DNA from: an uncultured Chlamydiae bacterium
GTDB taxonomy: Bacteria > Chlamydiota > Chlamydiia > Chlamydiales > JAJFMA01
Direction: 5' to 3'
Length of the DNA: 64,000 bases
NCBI GenBank assembly: GCA_963713615.1
Contig: CAVQMM010000001.1
Span: 1,664,001 to 1,728,000 of the forward strand
Position 1 is the stretch's first letter. Every line of letters begins with the position of its first letter. Shown piece by piece: positions 1 to 10,840 of this stretch. The notes beneath the pieces are model-generated. The model worked only from the letters and a program-made list of their open reading frames with translations. It did not search any database and was not told where the DNA came from. A program made the position numbers and the translations under genes.

Positions 1-455
1 AATCGGGTACAGGAACATGGACCCTTCCCTTGCAAGGATATTATATCTTTCAAAACTTGAGCCATGAACTCATTGGAGGCTGTTTATACAATGTGCAGTT
101 CAAAGGCCATGGATATCGCTATGGTGACAACGCCACTCTTGTAGCAGCGTGGAATCCGCGCTTGCTACCCTGGATATTGCCTGAACGCGGCTATTATTCA
201 GAGGTTTTGATGACTTTCGAATTTGACTACATTTGGGCACAGCGCGACAAGACCCATCGCCAACGCGTTTTAAACACTGGCGGTGAGACCATTACCTTCT
301 CCCCTGGTTTACGCTACAACCACAAATACTTTACTCTAGCCTGCGCATACATCCATCCCGTGCGTACAAGATTGAACGACAGCCCCGGACTACCTCAGCA
401 GCTGGTCCCTAAGCCCTGGCGTTCTTTTGCACTTCAAATAGGTGGACGATACTAG
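1..455 (+). CDS. Partial (5'-truncated) probable outer-membrane beta-barrel protein
   Basis: Frame is open from base 3 (SGTGTWTLPLQGYY...). Alternating amphipathic beta-strand pattern, TGG..ITFSPGLRY motif and C-terminal aromatic residue (GGRY). Confidence 0.55.
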   Translation, partial: SGTGTWTLPLQGYYIFQNLSHELIGGCLYNVQFKGHGYRYGDNATLVAAWNPRLLPWILPERGYYSEVLMTFEFDYIWAQRDKTHRQRVLNTGGETITFSPGLRYNHKYFTLACAYIHPVRTRLNDSPGLPQQLVPKPWRSFALQIGGRY

Positions 456-1189
456 TTGATGTTGATGAGGTTGCGCGCAAAATGATAGCCAATTGGGGCG
501 GCTAATCCACCACTTATCTCTTTAAGAACACCTGCAACGAGTCCCGCGACAAGAGCATTGATTCTATGAAACCGCGTTACCAATGTTCGGTTTATGCCAT
601 AGGCTTCCGCATCTTGACCTTCATGGAGTCTAGCAAAAATCAGAGACGTTAGTAGTATTCCTAATACTCGACTAGCCTGAAGGCCCAATCCCGCCGCTTT
701 AAAACTCCAAATGGCCAGTGGCTGTAAAGCTCCACGCATCATTAATTCTTCAATAATGGGTGCAGCAACACCGTCCACTAGTGTCCAAATCACCTGATAC
801 TGTTGTGGGTCACAAAAATACTCGCCGACAAGCTCTAAAGTATGCAGGGGAGATACCCTGTTGTAGCCGATTGAGGCGAGGGCAGAAAGGGCAAGAACCT
901 CCAGCGGATATGTCATGCCGTAAGCCCCAAGGCCATAGAAAAATTGTTCAGCCATACTGGCATTGGCATAGAGCTCACCAATCAGCGCAAAAGACACCTC
1001 GGAAGCAATCATTGTAGCAGCTACCAGTACCGCACCAGCGAAAACCTTCGGTTTGCCTGCCGCAGACAGGCCGCTAATGATGTCCTTCACCCCTCCACAA
1101 GCAAGCGCCACACCAGTTGTAGCATAAGCAGTTGCAACAACGCTCTCAATGCTATAATCACTACAATTAATATTGTTATTATCAAACAC
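452..1189 (-). CDS. CPBP/CAAX (Abi) family intramembrane metalloprotease
   Basis: Several TM segments; motifs APIIEELMMRG, FARLH and PIGYHFARN. Confidence 0.8.
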   Translation of the reverse strand: MFDNNNINCSDYSIESVVATAYATTGVALACGGVKDIISGLSAAGKPKVFAGAVLVAATMIASEVSFALIGELYANASMAEQFFYGLGAYGMTYPLEVLALSALASIGYNRVSPLHTLELVGEYFCDPQQYQVIWTLVDGVAAPIIEELMMRGALQPLAIWSFKAAGLGLQASRVLGILLTSLIFARLHEGQDAEAYGINRTLVTRFHRINALVAGLVAGVLKEISGGLAAPIGYHFARNLININ

Positions 1190-1323
1190 GACTTCTCTAC
1201 ATTAACATTTGTTTATTTGTTTACAAAATACTCATTTTATCTTCTTATAAAATATAAGTCAATAATTAGTCGGTGAATATAATTCGACTACGCTAATTAA
1301 TCAATGAAGTGATGTTAGTTTAG

Positions 1324-1800
1324 CTAGACGTTACAAGATGGGCTCATCTGACCAAGCTTTTGTAGGATGGCTATAATTTTTGTTTTCTTAGAGATAACAG
1401 GTGCAAAAAATTTAGCATCGGCCTGTTCTACAGCTGGCAAGGCCTTTTGAAGGAGAGCAGAGCCTTCAGCTGTCAAGATGGGATGCTTACTGCGTTCATC
1501 GGTCGACCGTGCACGCTTGATGAATTTTTTTGCCAGTAACCCGCGCAATATCTGAGACGTCGTATTGGGATCCAGGCCGGCTTGTCTGCCAATATCCGCT
1601 TGGGTGACTCTATCTCCTTCTTTTGTTAGCCAGCCAACAGTTGCCAAGATCACAAATTGCGGATGCGTGAGATTGAGCGGCTTGAGGACATCCTCGATGG
1701 CGCGACGCCAGAGCGTACTGACATGCCACAGAAGAAAGCCTGGGCTATCCTCCGGTGTGGTATGAACACTAATTTCCTTAAAATTCACACTACTTGCCAT
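1324..1800 (-). CDS. MarR family transcriptional regulator
   Basis: LNLTHPQFVIL, winged HTH, and RARSTDERSK (DxR wing motif). Confidence 0.9.
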   Translation of the reverse strand: MASSVNFKEISVHTTPEDSPGFLLWHVSTLWRRAIEDVLKPLNLTHPQFVILATVGWLTKEGDRVTQADIGRQAGLDPNTTSQILRGLLAKKFIKRARSTDERSKHPILTAEGSALLQKALPAVEQADAKFFAPVISKKTKIIAILQKLGQMSPSCNV

Positions 1801-2037
1801 GGTATCATCCTTGTCATCTCAAAAACTATACCATGAGGTGGCTTTTCGACAGAAGTTCAGCTATCCAATGATGTCTTGTGTATTTCCATATTACATTTTC
1901 AAGGGATTGGCCTTTCGGATTCAGAACAGCATAAAAACCTTTATCTGTTTTATGTGCATTATTGAATAGAGCATTCTTTATCTATCTTTTTTTTCTTATT
2001 TTCGGCATAACCAAATTCTTACTAAGGTGCCATCCAC

Positions 2038-2097
2038 AACCGTCGCAAGGAACCCAAAGCGGTGGCAAGCCACCGCACTCCAAGAGCGCTGCGCGCG
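2038..2097. repeat. Single REP-like arm (GGAGTGCGG/CCGCACTCC family)
   Basis: ccgtcgcaaggaacccaaagcggtggcaagccaccgcactccaa..gcgctgcgcgc matches the right arm of the doublets at 16373-18730 and 61399-61471. Confidence 0.85.
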
Positions 2098-2134
2098 TGT
2101 TATTTAACGGCCTACGAATCCATCAACGAATGTC

Positions 2135-2209
2135 AAAAAAAAGATGTGTGCAACACTATGCATTCCGTGACTGCACCACATAGGAAGAACGAGACTTCTG
2201 CAATTCCTT
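2135..2209. repeat. CCACATAGG-ended repeat plus remnant end of the ACTTCTGCAATT element
   Basis: aaaagatgtgtgcaacactatgcattccgtgactgcaccacataggaag resembles 61478-61526; acttctgcaattcct resembles 19010-19026. Confidence 0.6.
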
Positions 2210-2236
2210 CCCAGCTATAACAAGTAGTCACCTGGG

Positions 2237-3553
2237 TTATAGAGGGACGATATCTTCACTGAAGGTCTGAGAGCCGAACTGCGACTCTTCCGTAGACCCC
2301 TTGAGGGCCTGCGTAGAGGAATGGCCTTCCATAATCGTGGTGAGAACATCATCAAAATACCCCGCTCCTACAAAGCTCTGATGCTTGAGCGCCTTATACC
2401 CCGACCGACGTTCCAGCTCAAATTCGTGCTGTTGAAAGCGGGAATAAGCAGCCATGCCATCCGAGCAATACTCATGAGCAAGCTCAAACATACTCGCATT
2501 GAGAGTATGAAAACCAGCCAACGTGATAAACTGAAATTTATAGCCTAATTCACCCAATTTATCCTGAAAGATTTCAATCGTGCGATCATCCAAGTTGCCT
2601 CGCCAATTGAATGACGGGGAACAGTTATAGGCTAGCCATTTGCCGGGGAATTTCTCATGCACTCCCTGAGCAAATTCTCGAGCAGCTCCTAAATCAGGTT
2701 TGGAGGTCTCGCACCATACCATATCGCTATAAGGAGCAAACGCCCTAGCACGTGCCACAGCGTATTCCACCCCTCCTTTAAGTTCCCAATAGCCTTCTGA
2801 AGATCGCTCCCCAGTAAGAAAGGGGCGGTCCAGTGGATCAGAATCTGACCGAATATACGTAGCAGACTCGGCATCAGTACGAGCTATGATAATGGTTGGG
2901 ATACCCATAATATCAGCCGCTAAACGGGCTGTCACAAGTTTCTCAACAAAGATGCCTGCAGGGACTAAAACGCGTCCACCCATGTGTCCGCACTTTTTGA
3001 GGGATGAAAGCTGATCTTCCAAGTGAATCGCTGCTGCTCCAGCACAGATCATGGCCTTAATGAGCTCAAAGGTATTAAGCGGCCCCCCAAAACCTGCTTC
3101 AGCATCGGCAACAATAGGTACAAACCAATCTAAATTGCCATGATTGGACAAATGCTGTACTTGATCGGCCCGCATAAATGCATTCTGGATACGTTTAACA
3201 AGGTTGGGAACACTGAGGAGGGGATATAGGCTCTGATCGGGGTAGGTTTGACCGGCATCATTAGCGTCAGCAGCTACCTGCCAGCCGCTAACATAAACAG
3301 CCTTTAGACCGGCCTGTACCTGCTGAACAGCTTGAGTACCAGTCATCGCGCCCATGGCTCGGATAAAGGGCTCTACCTCAAACAAATTCCACAGTTTTTC
3401 AGCTCCCAGGCGTGCCAGAGTATGATCGATATGCAATGACCCACGCAGTTGTACAACCTTCTCAGCGGAATAGGGACGCACCAGGCCCTTCCAGCGAGGG
3501 CTCTCCTTCCAATAGTGCGCTAGGGCATCGATCTGTTCCTTAGTATAAGCCAT
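2237..3553 (-). CDS. aceA: Isocitrate lyase
   Basis: Catalytic [43 protein letters not shown]. Confidence 0.98.
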   Translation of the reverse strand: MAYTKEQIDALAHYWKESPRWKGLVRPYSAEKVVQLRGSLHIDHTLARLGAEKLWNLFEVEPFIRAMGAMTGTQAVQQVQAGLKAVYVSGWQVAADANDAGQTYPDQSLYPLLSVPNLVKRIQNAFMRADQVQHLSNHGNLDWFVPIVADAEAGFGGPLNTFELIKAMICAGAAAIHLEDQLSSLKKCGHMGGRVLVPAGIFVEKLVTARLAADIMGIPTIIIARTDAESATYIRSDSDPLDRPFLTGERSSEGYWELKGGVEYAVARARAFAPYSDMVWCETSKPDLGAAREFAQGVHEKFPGKWLAYNCSPSFNWRGNLDDRTIEIFQDKLGELGYKFQFITLAGFHTLNASMFELAHEYCSDGMAAYSRFQQHEFELERRSGYKALKHQSFVGAGYFDDVLTTIMEGHSSTQALKGSTEESQFGSQTFSEDIVPL

Positions 3554-3562
3554 GGATACCTC

Positions 3563-5146
3563 TTAAAGTTGCTCGTATGCTCGCAAAGTCAAGAACTCAA
3601 CGAATTCCTTCTGCATCACTAGACCATCGAGGAGTGTTCTAGCCTCGGCCAACTTACGAATGCCTAATTTGCGTTCCGCATAGGCAGCCATTATCTTACT
3701 TTCTTCCTCACCAGCAATGCGAAGATATAGATCGTTAGTCATGCGCATACCTCCTTTCAACTCTGCTCCATGGTGCAACCACTGCCAAAGCTGAGCACGC
3801 GATATCTCTGCTGTGGCGGCATCTTCCATTAGGCTAAAGATGGCTACGGCTCCGACTCCAGTTAGCCAGCTGTCTAGGTACTGTAAGGTCACATTGATAT
3901 TTTTTCGTACTCCCTCTTCAGTGACCGTTCCCCCAGGAACAGCGAATTGTAGTAATTCATCAGAGGAAATATGTACGTCCTCTCGCATTTTTTGCTTTTG
4001 ATGGGACTGATCGCCAAGGGCCTGTGCAAAGATGTCATGAGCGGTAGGAACAAGATCCGGATGTGCAACCCAAGTACCATCGAAGCCATCTGATGTCTCA
4101 CGCAATTTGTCTTCGCTTACTTTGGCGAGTGCTAGTTCGTTAGCTTCTTTGTCCTTGCGACTAGGTATGAAGGCAGCCATGCCGCCAATAGCGTGAGCAC
4201 CCCGTTGGTGACATACCTTTACTAGCAAATCTGTATAGGCCCTCATGAAGGGCACTGTCATGGTGATCTGTATGCGATCTGGCAGTACAGCTCGTGAGCG
4301 TTGATGAAACTTTTTAATAATACTGAAGATATAGTCCCAACGTCCCGCATTGAGTCCTGAGATATGCTCGCGCAGCTCAAACAGGATTTCTTCCATCTCA
4401 AAGGCCGCCAAAATGGTTTCCAGCAGCACGGTTGCTCGAATAGTTCCGCGCGGGATATTCAACGCTTGTTGTGCATATACGAAAACATCATTCCACAGGC
4501 GTGCTTCGAGGTGGTTCTCTAGCTTAGGCAAATAAAAATAAGGCCCTGTACCTTTCTCAATCAAATTGCGAGCGTTGTGAAAGAGGAACAACCCAAAGTC
4601 AAAGAGAGAGGCGGAAATAGGTACTCCATCGATTAAAAAGTGCTTTTCAACGAGATGCCAGCCTCTTGGGCGAACCATCAGTACGGCAACTTTTGGATTG
4701 AGCTTATACTGTTTCCCTTCAGGACTGGCAAAGGTGAGGGTGCCAGCAATGGCCTTTGTGAGGTTAAGCTGCCCCTCTACCATATTATGCCAGGTAGGAG
4801 AGTTAGCATCCTCGAAATCCGCCATAAAGACATCAGCACCGGAGTTCAGGGCATTTATGACCATTTTACTGTCTGTAGGCCCTGTAATTTCTACCCAACG
4901 CTTTTGTAGATCTTCTGGCACAGGTGCGACCTTCCAGGAATCGTCGCTACGTATCGCCGCCGTTTCTGGTAGAAAAGTGGGCACTTCGCCTTGATCGAGG
5001 CGTTCTTGCCGCAAAGCACGCTTTTGCAGTAGGTCTAGTCGTCGCTCTTTAAAGGTCCTGTGCAGGTCGTGAAGAAATGCTGATGCCTCTGGTGTAAGTA
5101 GCTCAGCAACGTTGGGGGTTTGCTTAACAGTAACCGCTGTGTTCAT
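3563..5146 (-). CDS. aceB: Malate synthase A
   Basis: [50 protein letters not shown] at 5146 chosen because it follows a GGAAGG RBS (ORF track start 5158). Confidence 0.97.
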   Translation of the reverse strand: MNTAVTVKQTPNVAELLTPEASAFLHDLHRTFKERRLDLLQKRALRQERLDQGEVPTFLPETAAIRSDDSWKVAPVPEDLQKRWVEITGPTDSKMVINALNSGADVFMADFEDANSPTWHNMVEGQLNLTKAIAGTLTFASPEGKQYKLNPKVAVLMVRPRGWHLVEKHFLIDGVPISASLFDFGLFLFHNARNLIEKGTGPYFYLPKLENHLEARLWNDVFVYAQQALNIPRGTIRATVLLETILAAFEMEEILFELREHISGLNAGRWDYIFSIIKKFHQRSRAVLPDRIQITMTVPFMRAYTDLLVKVCHQRGAHAIGGMAAFIPSRKDKEANELALAKVSEDKLRETSDGFDGTWVAHPDLVPTAHDIFAQALGDQSHQKQKMREDVHISSDELLQFAVPGGTVTEEGVRKNINVTLQYLDSWLTGVGAVAIFSLMEDAATAEISRAQLWQWLHHGAELKGGMRMTNDLYLRIAGEEESKIMAAYAERKLGIRKLAEARTLLDGLVMQKEFVEFLTLRAYEQL

Positions 5147-5244
5147 ACTACCTTCCACAAAATGGGTTATTTTCCTCTATAGCTGATCGGTCAAAGCTAC
5201 GCAAGCGATAGACAAATATCTCTCTCTAAGTTATGCGATAGCGC

Positions 5245-6549
5245 ATGGATGTCAATCTCGAAGAAGTTACACACCACGCCTCGTGGGTCATGGGAGCTTT
5301 TCTCCTTGGCTACACTGCAATAGTGATCGAGGAACTTGTCAAATTCAACAAGGCCGCCACGGCTCTCTTAATGGCCATTGTGTGCTGGACGATCCTATTT
5401 CTCGAACCAGCAGACTCCGTCGACAGACACTTGTTCATCTTCACGTTCCAGATGTTTAAGGTCAGCCAAATTCTCTTCTTCTTAATGGGAGCCTTGACCA
5501 TCGTAGAGGTCATTAATGCGCACCGTGGCTTTCAGGTGATCACTAACCACCTGATGATGCGTTCCAAGCTGAGAATGCTTTGGACTACTGCGCTAGTGAC
5601 CTTTTTTCTCTCTTCGATTCTTGATAACCTTACAACGACCATTGTGATGGTTTCCTTGATCAGCAAGATTGTTCAAGAACGCAATGAACGCCTCATGCTC
5701 GGCGGCGTCATCGTTATTGCTGCTAATGCTGGTGGGGCCTGGACGCCTATTGGTGATGTTGCTACCACCCTGTTGTGGATAAATGGGCAAGTCACCACTG
5801 TCGCCGTTATGCGAGACTTATTCCTACCGAGCCTCCTCGGATTGATAGCGTGTCTGATCTGGTTTAGCTTTAAATTTAAGGGGGAATTTCCAGCTGCAGA
5901 TGAAGGACCAGCTGCCGAAATGGAACCCAGTGGGACTATTGTTTTATTTCTAGGTATCTTCTCACTGATCTTTGTTCCCATCTTCAGACTTCTGACAAAT
6001 CTGCCCGCTTTTATGGGTATGATGCTGGGCCTGGGGTTTATGTGGGTAGTGACCGATCTTCTTCACCACAAAGATAGAGATCGCCAATACCTTCGCGTCG
6101 CGTCAGTATTGCCTAAAGTCGATATCTCGATTATTTTCTTCTATTTAGGCGTTCTACTTTCTATTAACTCACTGGAAAGTGCCGGCTTACTCAGGCAAAT
6201 GTCCCTTTGGCTTAACGAACATATTTCCAACCCGCTGGCAATTCCGGTGCTGATCGGCCTAGTCTCCTCTGTCGTAGACAACGTCTCACTGGTGGCTGCT
6301 ACGATAGGGATGTATGACCTGTCACACTTTGCCACGGACTCACCCTTTTGGCAGGCCGTAGCCTATTGTGCAGGAACGGGTGGAAGTATCTTAATCGTCG
6401 GTTCCGCAGCTGGCATCGCTCTGATGGCAATGGAAAAGATGGACTTCATGGAATACACTAAAAAAGTCACAATACCAGCCCTCTTAGCATACTTTGTAGG
6501 AATTGGCATTTACTTAGCTGTGAGCCCCATTACCAGAAATTTACTTTAA
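5245..6549 (+). CDS. nhaD: NhaD-family Na+/H+ antiporter
   Basis: FFLSSILDNLTTTIVM, AANAGGAWTPIGDVATT, SSVVDNV, YCAGTGGSILIVGSAAG; many TM helices. Confidence 0.9.
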   Translation: MDVNLEEVTHHASWVMGAFLLGYTAIVIEELVKFNKAATALLMAIVCWTILFLEPADSVDRHLFIFTFQMFKVSQILFFLMGALTIVEVINAHRGFQVITNHLMMRSKLRMLWTTALVTFFLSSILDNLTTTIVMVSLISKIVQERNERLMLGGVIVIAANAGGAWTPIGDVATTLLWINGQVTTVAVMRDLFLPSLLGLIACLIWFSFKFKGEFPAADEGPAAEMEPSGTIVLFLGIFSLIFVPIFRLLTNLPAFMGMMLGLGFMWVVTDLLHHKDRDRQYLRVASVLPKVDISIIFFYLGVLLSINSLESAGLLRQMSLWLNEHISNPLAIPVLIGLVSSVVDNVSLVAATIGMYDLSHFATDSPFWQAVAYCAGTGGSILIVGSAAGIALMAMEKMDFMEYTKKVTIPALLAYFVGIGIYLAVSPITRNLL

Positions 6550-7421
6550 AAAATCATCATCAGAGACTCCCCATGGATTCCAGTTTTATCTTTTAAGGTC
6601 AGGTTATAATTCAGACTCTTATTCAAAAAAAAGATTTGTTTTTTTATAGTTTCCTTACTCATATTGCCCCACCAATGAACAATGACGGCATCAGGGTTAA
6701 TTGGACGGTCAACGGTCCAATTAAAAACTGATGAGAGCACTGCAAATGATCGTTTTTCGGTAAATAAGATATTCGCCAATAGCTGCTGATCCGAGCAAAA
6801 AAGATGATTTCGTGTGATGGTTTGCTTAGCCCATTCCTGAATAATCTGCGAGTCGCGCTCGAAAATCACCACTCCAGCATTGAACATGGTCTGGCCCTCA
6901 GCAATGATCCCGCGGCTCAGATTGAGTTGCTGCGACCATTCGGGCTCGGCAGACACACCAATACCGCCGTCTCCTAAAGGGATCGCAAAAAGCGAGCGAA
7001 GCGACCCTCTTATCTGTGTGTCCAAATCTAACCAGAGCGTTCGTTTGTATGGCGTGCGGATAAGAGATAGGGGCTTTTTGTACCAAGTGAAGCGCATCTG
7101 CCACACATTTCGATGCATAGCTTCCCAAATAGCTGCATCTCTGTGGCTTACAGCGTCTTTCTTAGCCATAAATCCGTCGGAAAGGTCCAACTTGATGAGG
7201 TCTCCTCGTTGACGACACCACTCTGCAGCGTCGCTAGTGAGATCCCCAAAATCGACAAAAGTCACAGGATAGCTATTATGCAAGCGATAATGCATCCACC
7301 ACCAGGGGAGTAACCACTCTTGCCCTCGGGAAGTGCCTACAATAACCCCTTGCATGACGACCATCCATACCTGTTTTACCACGCTATACCACACTCGGTT
7401 GCGTAAAGGCCAGCCCCACAT
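6546..7421 (-). CDS. GT-A fold glycosyltransferase-like protein (GT8-like)
   Basis: WYKKP..TLWLDLD (DxD), FNAGVVIF, SDQQLL, IVHWWG. True start probably downstream of the ORF-track start. Confidence 0.7.
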   Translation of the reverse strand: MWGWPLRNRVWYSVVKQVWMVVMQGVIVGTSRGQEWLLPWWWMHYRLHNSYPVTFVDFGDLTSDAAEWCRQRGDLIKLDLSDGFMAKKDAVSHRDAAIWEAMHRNVWQMRFTWYKKPLSLIRTPYKRTLWLDLDTQIRGSLRSLFAIPLGDGGIGVSAEPEWSQQLNLSRGIIAEGQTMFNAGVVIFERDSQIIQEWAKQTITRNHLFCSDQQLLANILFTEKRSFAVLSSVFNWTVDRPINPDAVIVHWWGNMSKETIKKQIFFLNKSLNYNLTLKDKTGIHGESLMMIF

Positions 7422-7486
7422 AGGGGATTTGCGCTAAAACCAGATGAGTTCTAACATGACGTTAGACCAAAAAGACTACTCAAGGG

Positions 7487-8110
7487 GTGCCCCTCATGAA
7501 GAGAATAGTTGGCTTAATCATTGTATATGCTCTTCTTTTATTCGCACCTAGGGCAGCAATAGCAACAGATGCCCCACCAATTGATGGCCAAACCCTTCTA
7601 GCCAAGGGAGGGCACCATGGTGGACATCATCACCATGGCCACCACCATCATCATCATCACGGCCACCATCACCATGGACATCACCACCACCATGGACACC
7701 ATCACCACCACGGACACCACCATCATCATGGGGATCATCACGATGGCTGGGACCACCATGGTGACGGCTGGGACCATCATGGTTCGTATAATGGTGTAGG
7801 TGTTTACCCTCCAGGTGAAGCGTATTATAGAACTGTACAGGGGGTATTACCCACCTTCTCATTGAGGGCAAGCACGCCTCAAGTATACGTGGGAGAGCCT
7901 GTTTCCATATCTCTCCCCCACACGACGGGTACGCCACCTTATACGGTGTTTTGGCGGACAAATGACAGCACGCAATGGACAAAAAGCGGCACTAATTTCA
8001 ATGTCAAGGCCACTCAACCTGGCGATATGAAGGTCCATGTTGTGGTCCAGGATGCCAATGGAAAGTTTTCACGTCCTCAGACTACAAACATTAAGGTTCA
8101 AGGACGATAG
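7487..8110 (+). CDS. Secreted His-rich protein with C-terminal Ig/PKD-like beta domain
   Basis: Signal peptide (..PRAAIA), long (H)nG tract, then VGEPVSISL..GTPPYTVFW..VVVQDANG. Confidence 0.75.
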   Translation: MPLMKRIVGLIIVYALLLFAPRAAIATDAPPIDGQTLLAKGGHHGGHHHHGHHHHHHHGHHHHGHHHHHGHHHHHGHHHHHGDHHDGWDHHGDGWDHHGSYNGVGVYPPGEAYYRTVQGVLPTFSLRASTPQVYVGEPVSISLPHTTGTPPYTVFWRTNDSTQWTKSGTNFNVKATQPGDMKVHVVVQDANGKFSRPQTTNIKVQGR

Positions 8111-8139
8111 AGTTTTTACAGAACAGAAAGGAAAAACTC

Positions 8140-8448
8140 ATGCAAAAGATGATTGTAAGTGCGATTTATGCCAGCATTATTCTCTTCAGTGGTCACCTGG
8201 GGGCTCGTGATGATCGAGGAAGCTACGAAGATCATCGTCAAAATCATCGCAATTATGAACAGGATCACGATTGGCACGATAATGCTTGGCGACACAACGA
8301 CGATGATTGGGATCGCGAATATCATAACAATGGGAACGATCGGGGTGGTACTGGACAATGGCAAAGTTCCTCCACGACAACCTGGCAGGGACAGAATGTG
8401 ATTATTACTCCACCTAGCCAGGTCTACTATTACCAAAATCCGGAATAA
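8140..8448 (+). CDS. Small secreted low-complexity D/H/N/R-rich protein
   Basis: AAGGA RBS, signal peptide and charged low-complexity body. Confidence 0.65.
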   Translation: MQKMIVSAIYASIILFSGHLGARDDRGSYEDHRQNHRNYEQDHDWHDNAWRHNDDDWDREYHNNGNDRGGTGQWQSSSTTTWQGQNVIITPPSQVYYYQNPE

Positions 8449-8455
8449 TGCACCT

Positions 8456-8622
8456 CTTGTTAAAATCTAAAAGATGTTGTAGATACATCTAAAACATCTT
8501 TTAGATTTTAATAAGCTGCCATTTCATGGGATGCAAAAGCCGTTTTTCTTGTTAAGGTCCATTTTAGACGTATCTACAACATCTTTTAGATTTTAACAAA
8601 CCACCATTTAGACGTATCTACA
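8456..8622. repeat. AT-rich inverted/direct repeat cluster between convergent genes
   Basis: cttgttaaaatctaaaagatgtt / aacatcttttagattttaataag hairpin, a second inverted copy at ~8562-8599 and a partial third. Confidence 0.75.
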
Positions 8623-8624
8623 CC

Positions 8625-9230
8625 TCACCCATTCAAATCGCTTAGCATGCGATCCAGGATAATGGTCGTTTCTTTTACTCGACGAGAATGCTCCCCTTCC
8701 CAAGCCTTGCCAATTTCATTTACAGAAGCTTTAGGATGTAGCTCTCTGAATTGCTGAGCGAAGTTCAGGTAAGCCCACTCCAGCTTGGGGGCTGCTTTGC
8801 GGTTCTTTCGCCGCTCATATTCCTTTTGCCAGTAAGCTGCGAAATCGGAATATGTGGGTGGCTCACCAGCTAACCATTTTACCTTAAGCCAATCTTGACC
8901 ATAAGCGGTAAAGTGAAAATGCTCCCCTACGAGTGTTTTCATGAATTTTCTGGTCTTCAAATCATTTTTATAGCTACCCAACAGCATTTTCGCCTTGGGT
9001 GTCAGGGGATATTCATGCCCTTTTTTAGCTTTAGAGATCTCAGGCATCATCGGCGGCACTGCTACCTTACCTGTTCGCAAAAAGGACATGATACGGGTGA
9101 TCAAGTCTAGCTTTCTTCCCGCGGGAGGTAGGTTTAAGCGGTGGCAAATATCCTTCAGCTCGCTTATATGAAGAAAATAAAGGTTTTGGTTGAGCTGATC
9201 TAGCTCATGCTGGTTGAGCGCATCCGCCAT
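8625..9230 (-). CDS. SAP-domain / DUF6434-like protein
   Basis: N-terminal ELKDICHRLNLPPAGRKLDLITRI (SAP-like), then HFHFTAYGQDW..PPTYSDFAAYWQ. Confidence 0.65.
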   Translation of the reverse strand: MADALNQHELDQLNQNLYFLHISELKDICHRLNLPPAGRKLDLITRIMSFLRTGKVAVPPMMPEISKAKKGHEYPLTPKAKMLLGSYKNDLKTRKFMKTLVGEHFHFTAYGQDWLKVKWLAGEPPTYSDFAAYWQKEYERRKNRKAAPKLEWAYLNFAQQFRELHPKASVNEIGKAWEGEHSRRVKETTIILDRMLSDLNG

Positions 9231-9304
9231 ATATACTCTCCAATCAAGGCTCTTTGCCTTACTATAGAACAACGGATAAATCTAGTACATCGCAGGAAAC
9301 AACG

Positions 9305-10600
9305 ATGACTCATAAAAGACAGGTCTGGGGCAAATACTGCTCTTGGTTTCCTAGCCAGGTAGCCTATCCCTCTTCTCCAGAGGAAGTACGGGACATCCTC
9401 CTCCACGCTCAAAAAAGTCGGCTGAAGATACGCACCATTGGCTCCCTACACTCCATGAATGATCTTTGCAAGACAAGCGACATCCAAATACACACCGATA
9501 AACTATGCAAAGTGATCAACATTGATAAGCAGAGCCTAACCATCAAGGTAGAGAGCGGCATTAAGATCAAGCACCTTCAAGAGCTTCTTGCTGCTGAGGG
9601 ACTGACTCTTCCCAATCAAGGCTACATTGTAGAGCAGAGTGTCGCTGGAGCCATAGCCACTGCGACACATGGTTCGGGCAAGACAGGCACTCTAAGCAGC
9701 TTTGTGGAGGAAATCGAGCTAATCAGCGCTAAAGGCGAACTACATGTCCTTACGCCAGCCTCAAATCCGCATTTGTTTTCGGCGGCGGTGGTCAGTCTAG
9801 GTTGCCTAGGAGTGGTGTCCACGGTAACGCTACGATGCATCCCACAACAAAAGCTCCATTTATCAAAAGTCAAGATGAGCGTGCAGCCCCTGCTAGATCA
9901 ACTCTCAAGCATCCGAGAACACAACGATTTCTACCAATTGGTCATCAACCCTTACAGTGATGAGGCATTGACATGGCAATTTCGTAAAACGGATGAACCG
10001 CTGCGTCATTGTTTTTACTACCAGCTGCGAAGACTGATGGGAAAGGCCCTGGCTATCTTTGCATTCGACATTCTTCCACCCCCCACCTGGCTTGTACCCA
10101 CAGTGGTGAAAACGTATATGACGCTTTCGCCTTTTAAGGGTTGTGTAGACTATGGCTATCATTTGCTTTCCCCAGCGGACGAAGGCCATTACGTTGAGGA
10201 AGAGATAGCTGTACCAATAGCACACTTTGAAAAGGCTCTGTTGGCTACGCGAAAACTCATTGACGAATTTAACGTAAAAGGCACTCGCGTCGTGGCTATC
10301 ATCTTGGTGCGTTTTGCCGAAGCTGATGCGTATGGCTACCTAAGTCCGACTCTGAACCGCAAAACTGCCTACATCAGCCTGATCACAATAGCAAAACCAG
10401 GATATCAAGAGCTTTTTGAAGCGGTTGAGCAGGCCCTATACGCTTATGAAGGACGTCCTCACTGGGGTAAGGTGCACTTTTTAAACCGAGATAGGGTTGC
10501 AAAACTGTATCCGGAGACATATCCTTCATTCATCGCCGCACGCCGCGAGCTTGATCCAGAAGGCGTTTTCGCAAATGATTACATCGAACGCCTGTTTTGA
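9305..10600 (+). CDS. FAD-linked aldonolactone oxidase (L-gulonolactone / D-arabinono-1,4-lactone oxidase family)
   Basis: GSLHS FAD-attachment His, SVAGAIATATHGSG, SLGCLGV, C-terminal GRPHWGK..LDPEGVFAN. Confidence 0.88.
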   Translation: MTHKRQVWGKYCSWFPSQVAYPSSPEEVRDILLHAQKSRLKIRTIGSLHSMNDLCKTSDIQIHTDKLCKVINIDKQSLTIKVESGIKIKHLQELLAAEGLTLPNQGYIVEQSVAGAIATATHGSGKTGTLSSFVEEIELISAKGELHVLTPASNPHLFSAAVVSLGCLGVVSTVTLRCIPQQKLHLSKVKMSVQPLLDQLSSIREHNDFYQLVINPYSDEALTWQFRKTDEPLRHCFYYQLRRLMGKALAIFAFDILPPPTWLVPTVVKTYMTLSPFKGCVDYGYHLLSPADEGHYVEEEIAVPIAHFEKALLATRKLIDEFNVKGTRVVAIILVRFAEADAYGYLSPTLNRKTAYISLITIAKPGYQELFEAVEQALYAYEGRPHWGKVHFLNRDRVAKLYPETYPSFIAARRELDPEGVFANDYIERLF

Positions 10601-10606
10601 GGCTGA

Positions 10607-10771
10607 TATACCACTCACGCGTAGGTTGTGTACATTTCGACTAGCGTGAAAGCTCCCGTGGTTGAACGATCGCAAGTGGGTCCATATTTGTAATATTGAC
10701 CCACTTGCGATCGTTCAACCCCGGGGCTTTGGCGCAGTCGAAATATGCACAACCTACGCGTGAGTGGTATA
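10607..10771. mobile_element. 165-bp hairpin MITE with TATACC..GGTATA ends
   Basis: Near end-to-end imperfect palindrome (tataccactcacgcgtaggttgtg / cacaacctacgcgtgagtggtata). Related ends at 51221 and 63100. Confidence 0.75.
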
Positions 10772-10840
10772 GAACCAACAACTTTTCTTTATCCCTCCTT
10801 TGCACATTTCGTCCATACTGGGTGTTTTTAGAGGTAAAGT

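Noticed and set aside
7548..8436. Alternative-frame and antisense ORFs over the His-rich and D/H-rich genes
   Set aside because: Shadow frames of low-complexity CAY/GAY repeats.
8456..8622. Possible CRISPR or iteron array
   Set aside because: Units are mainly inverted and irregularly spaced, with no unique equal-length spacers and no cas or rep gene.
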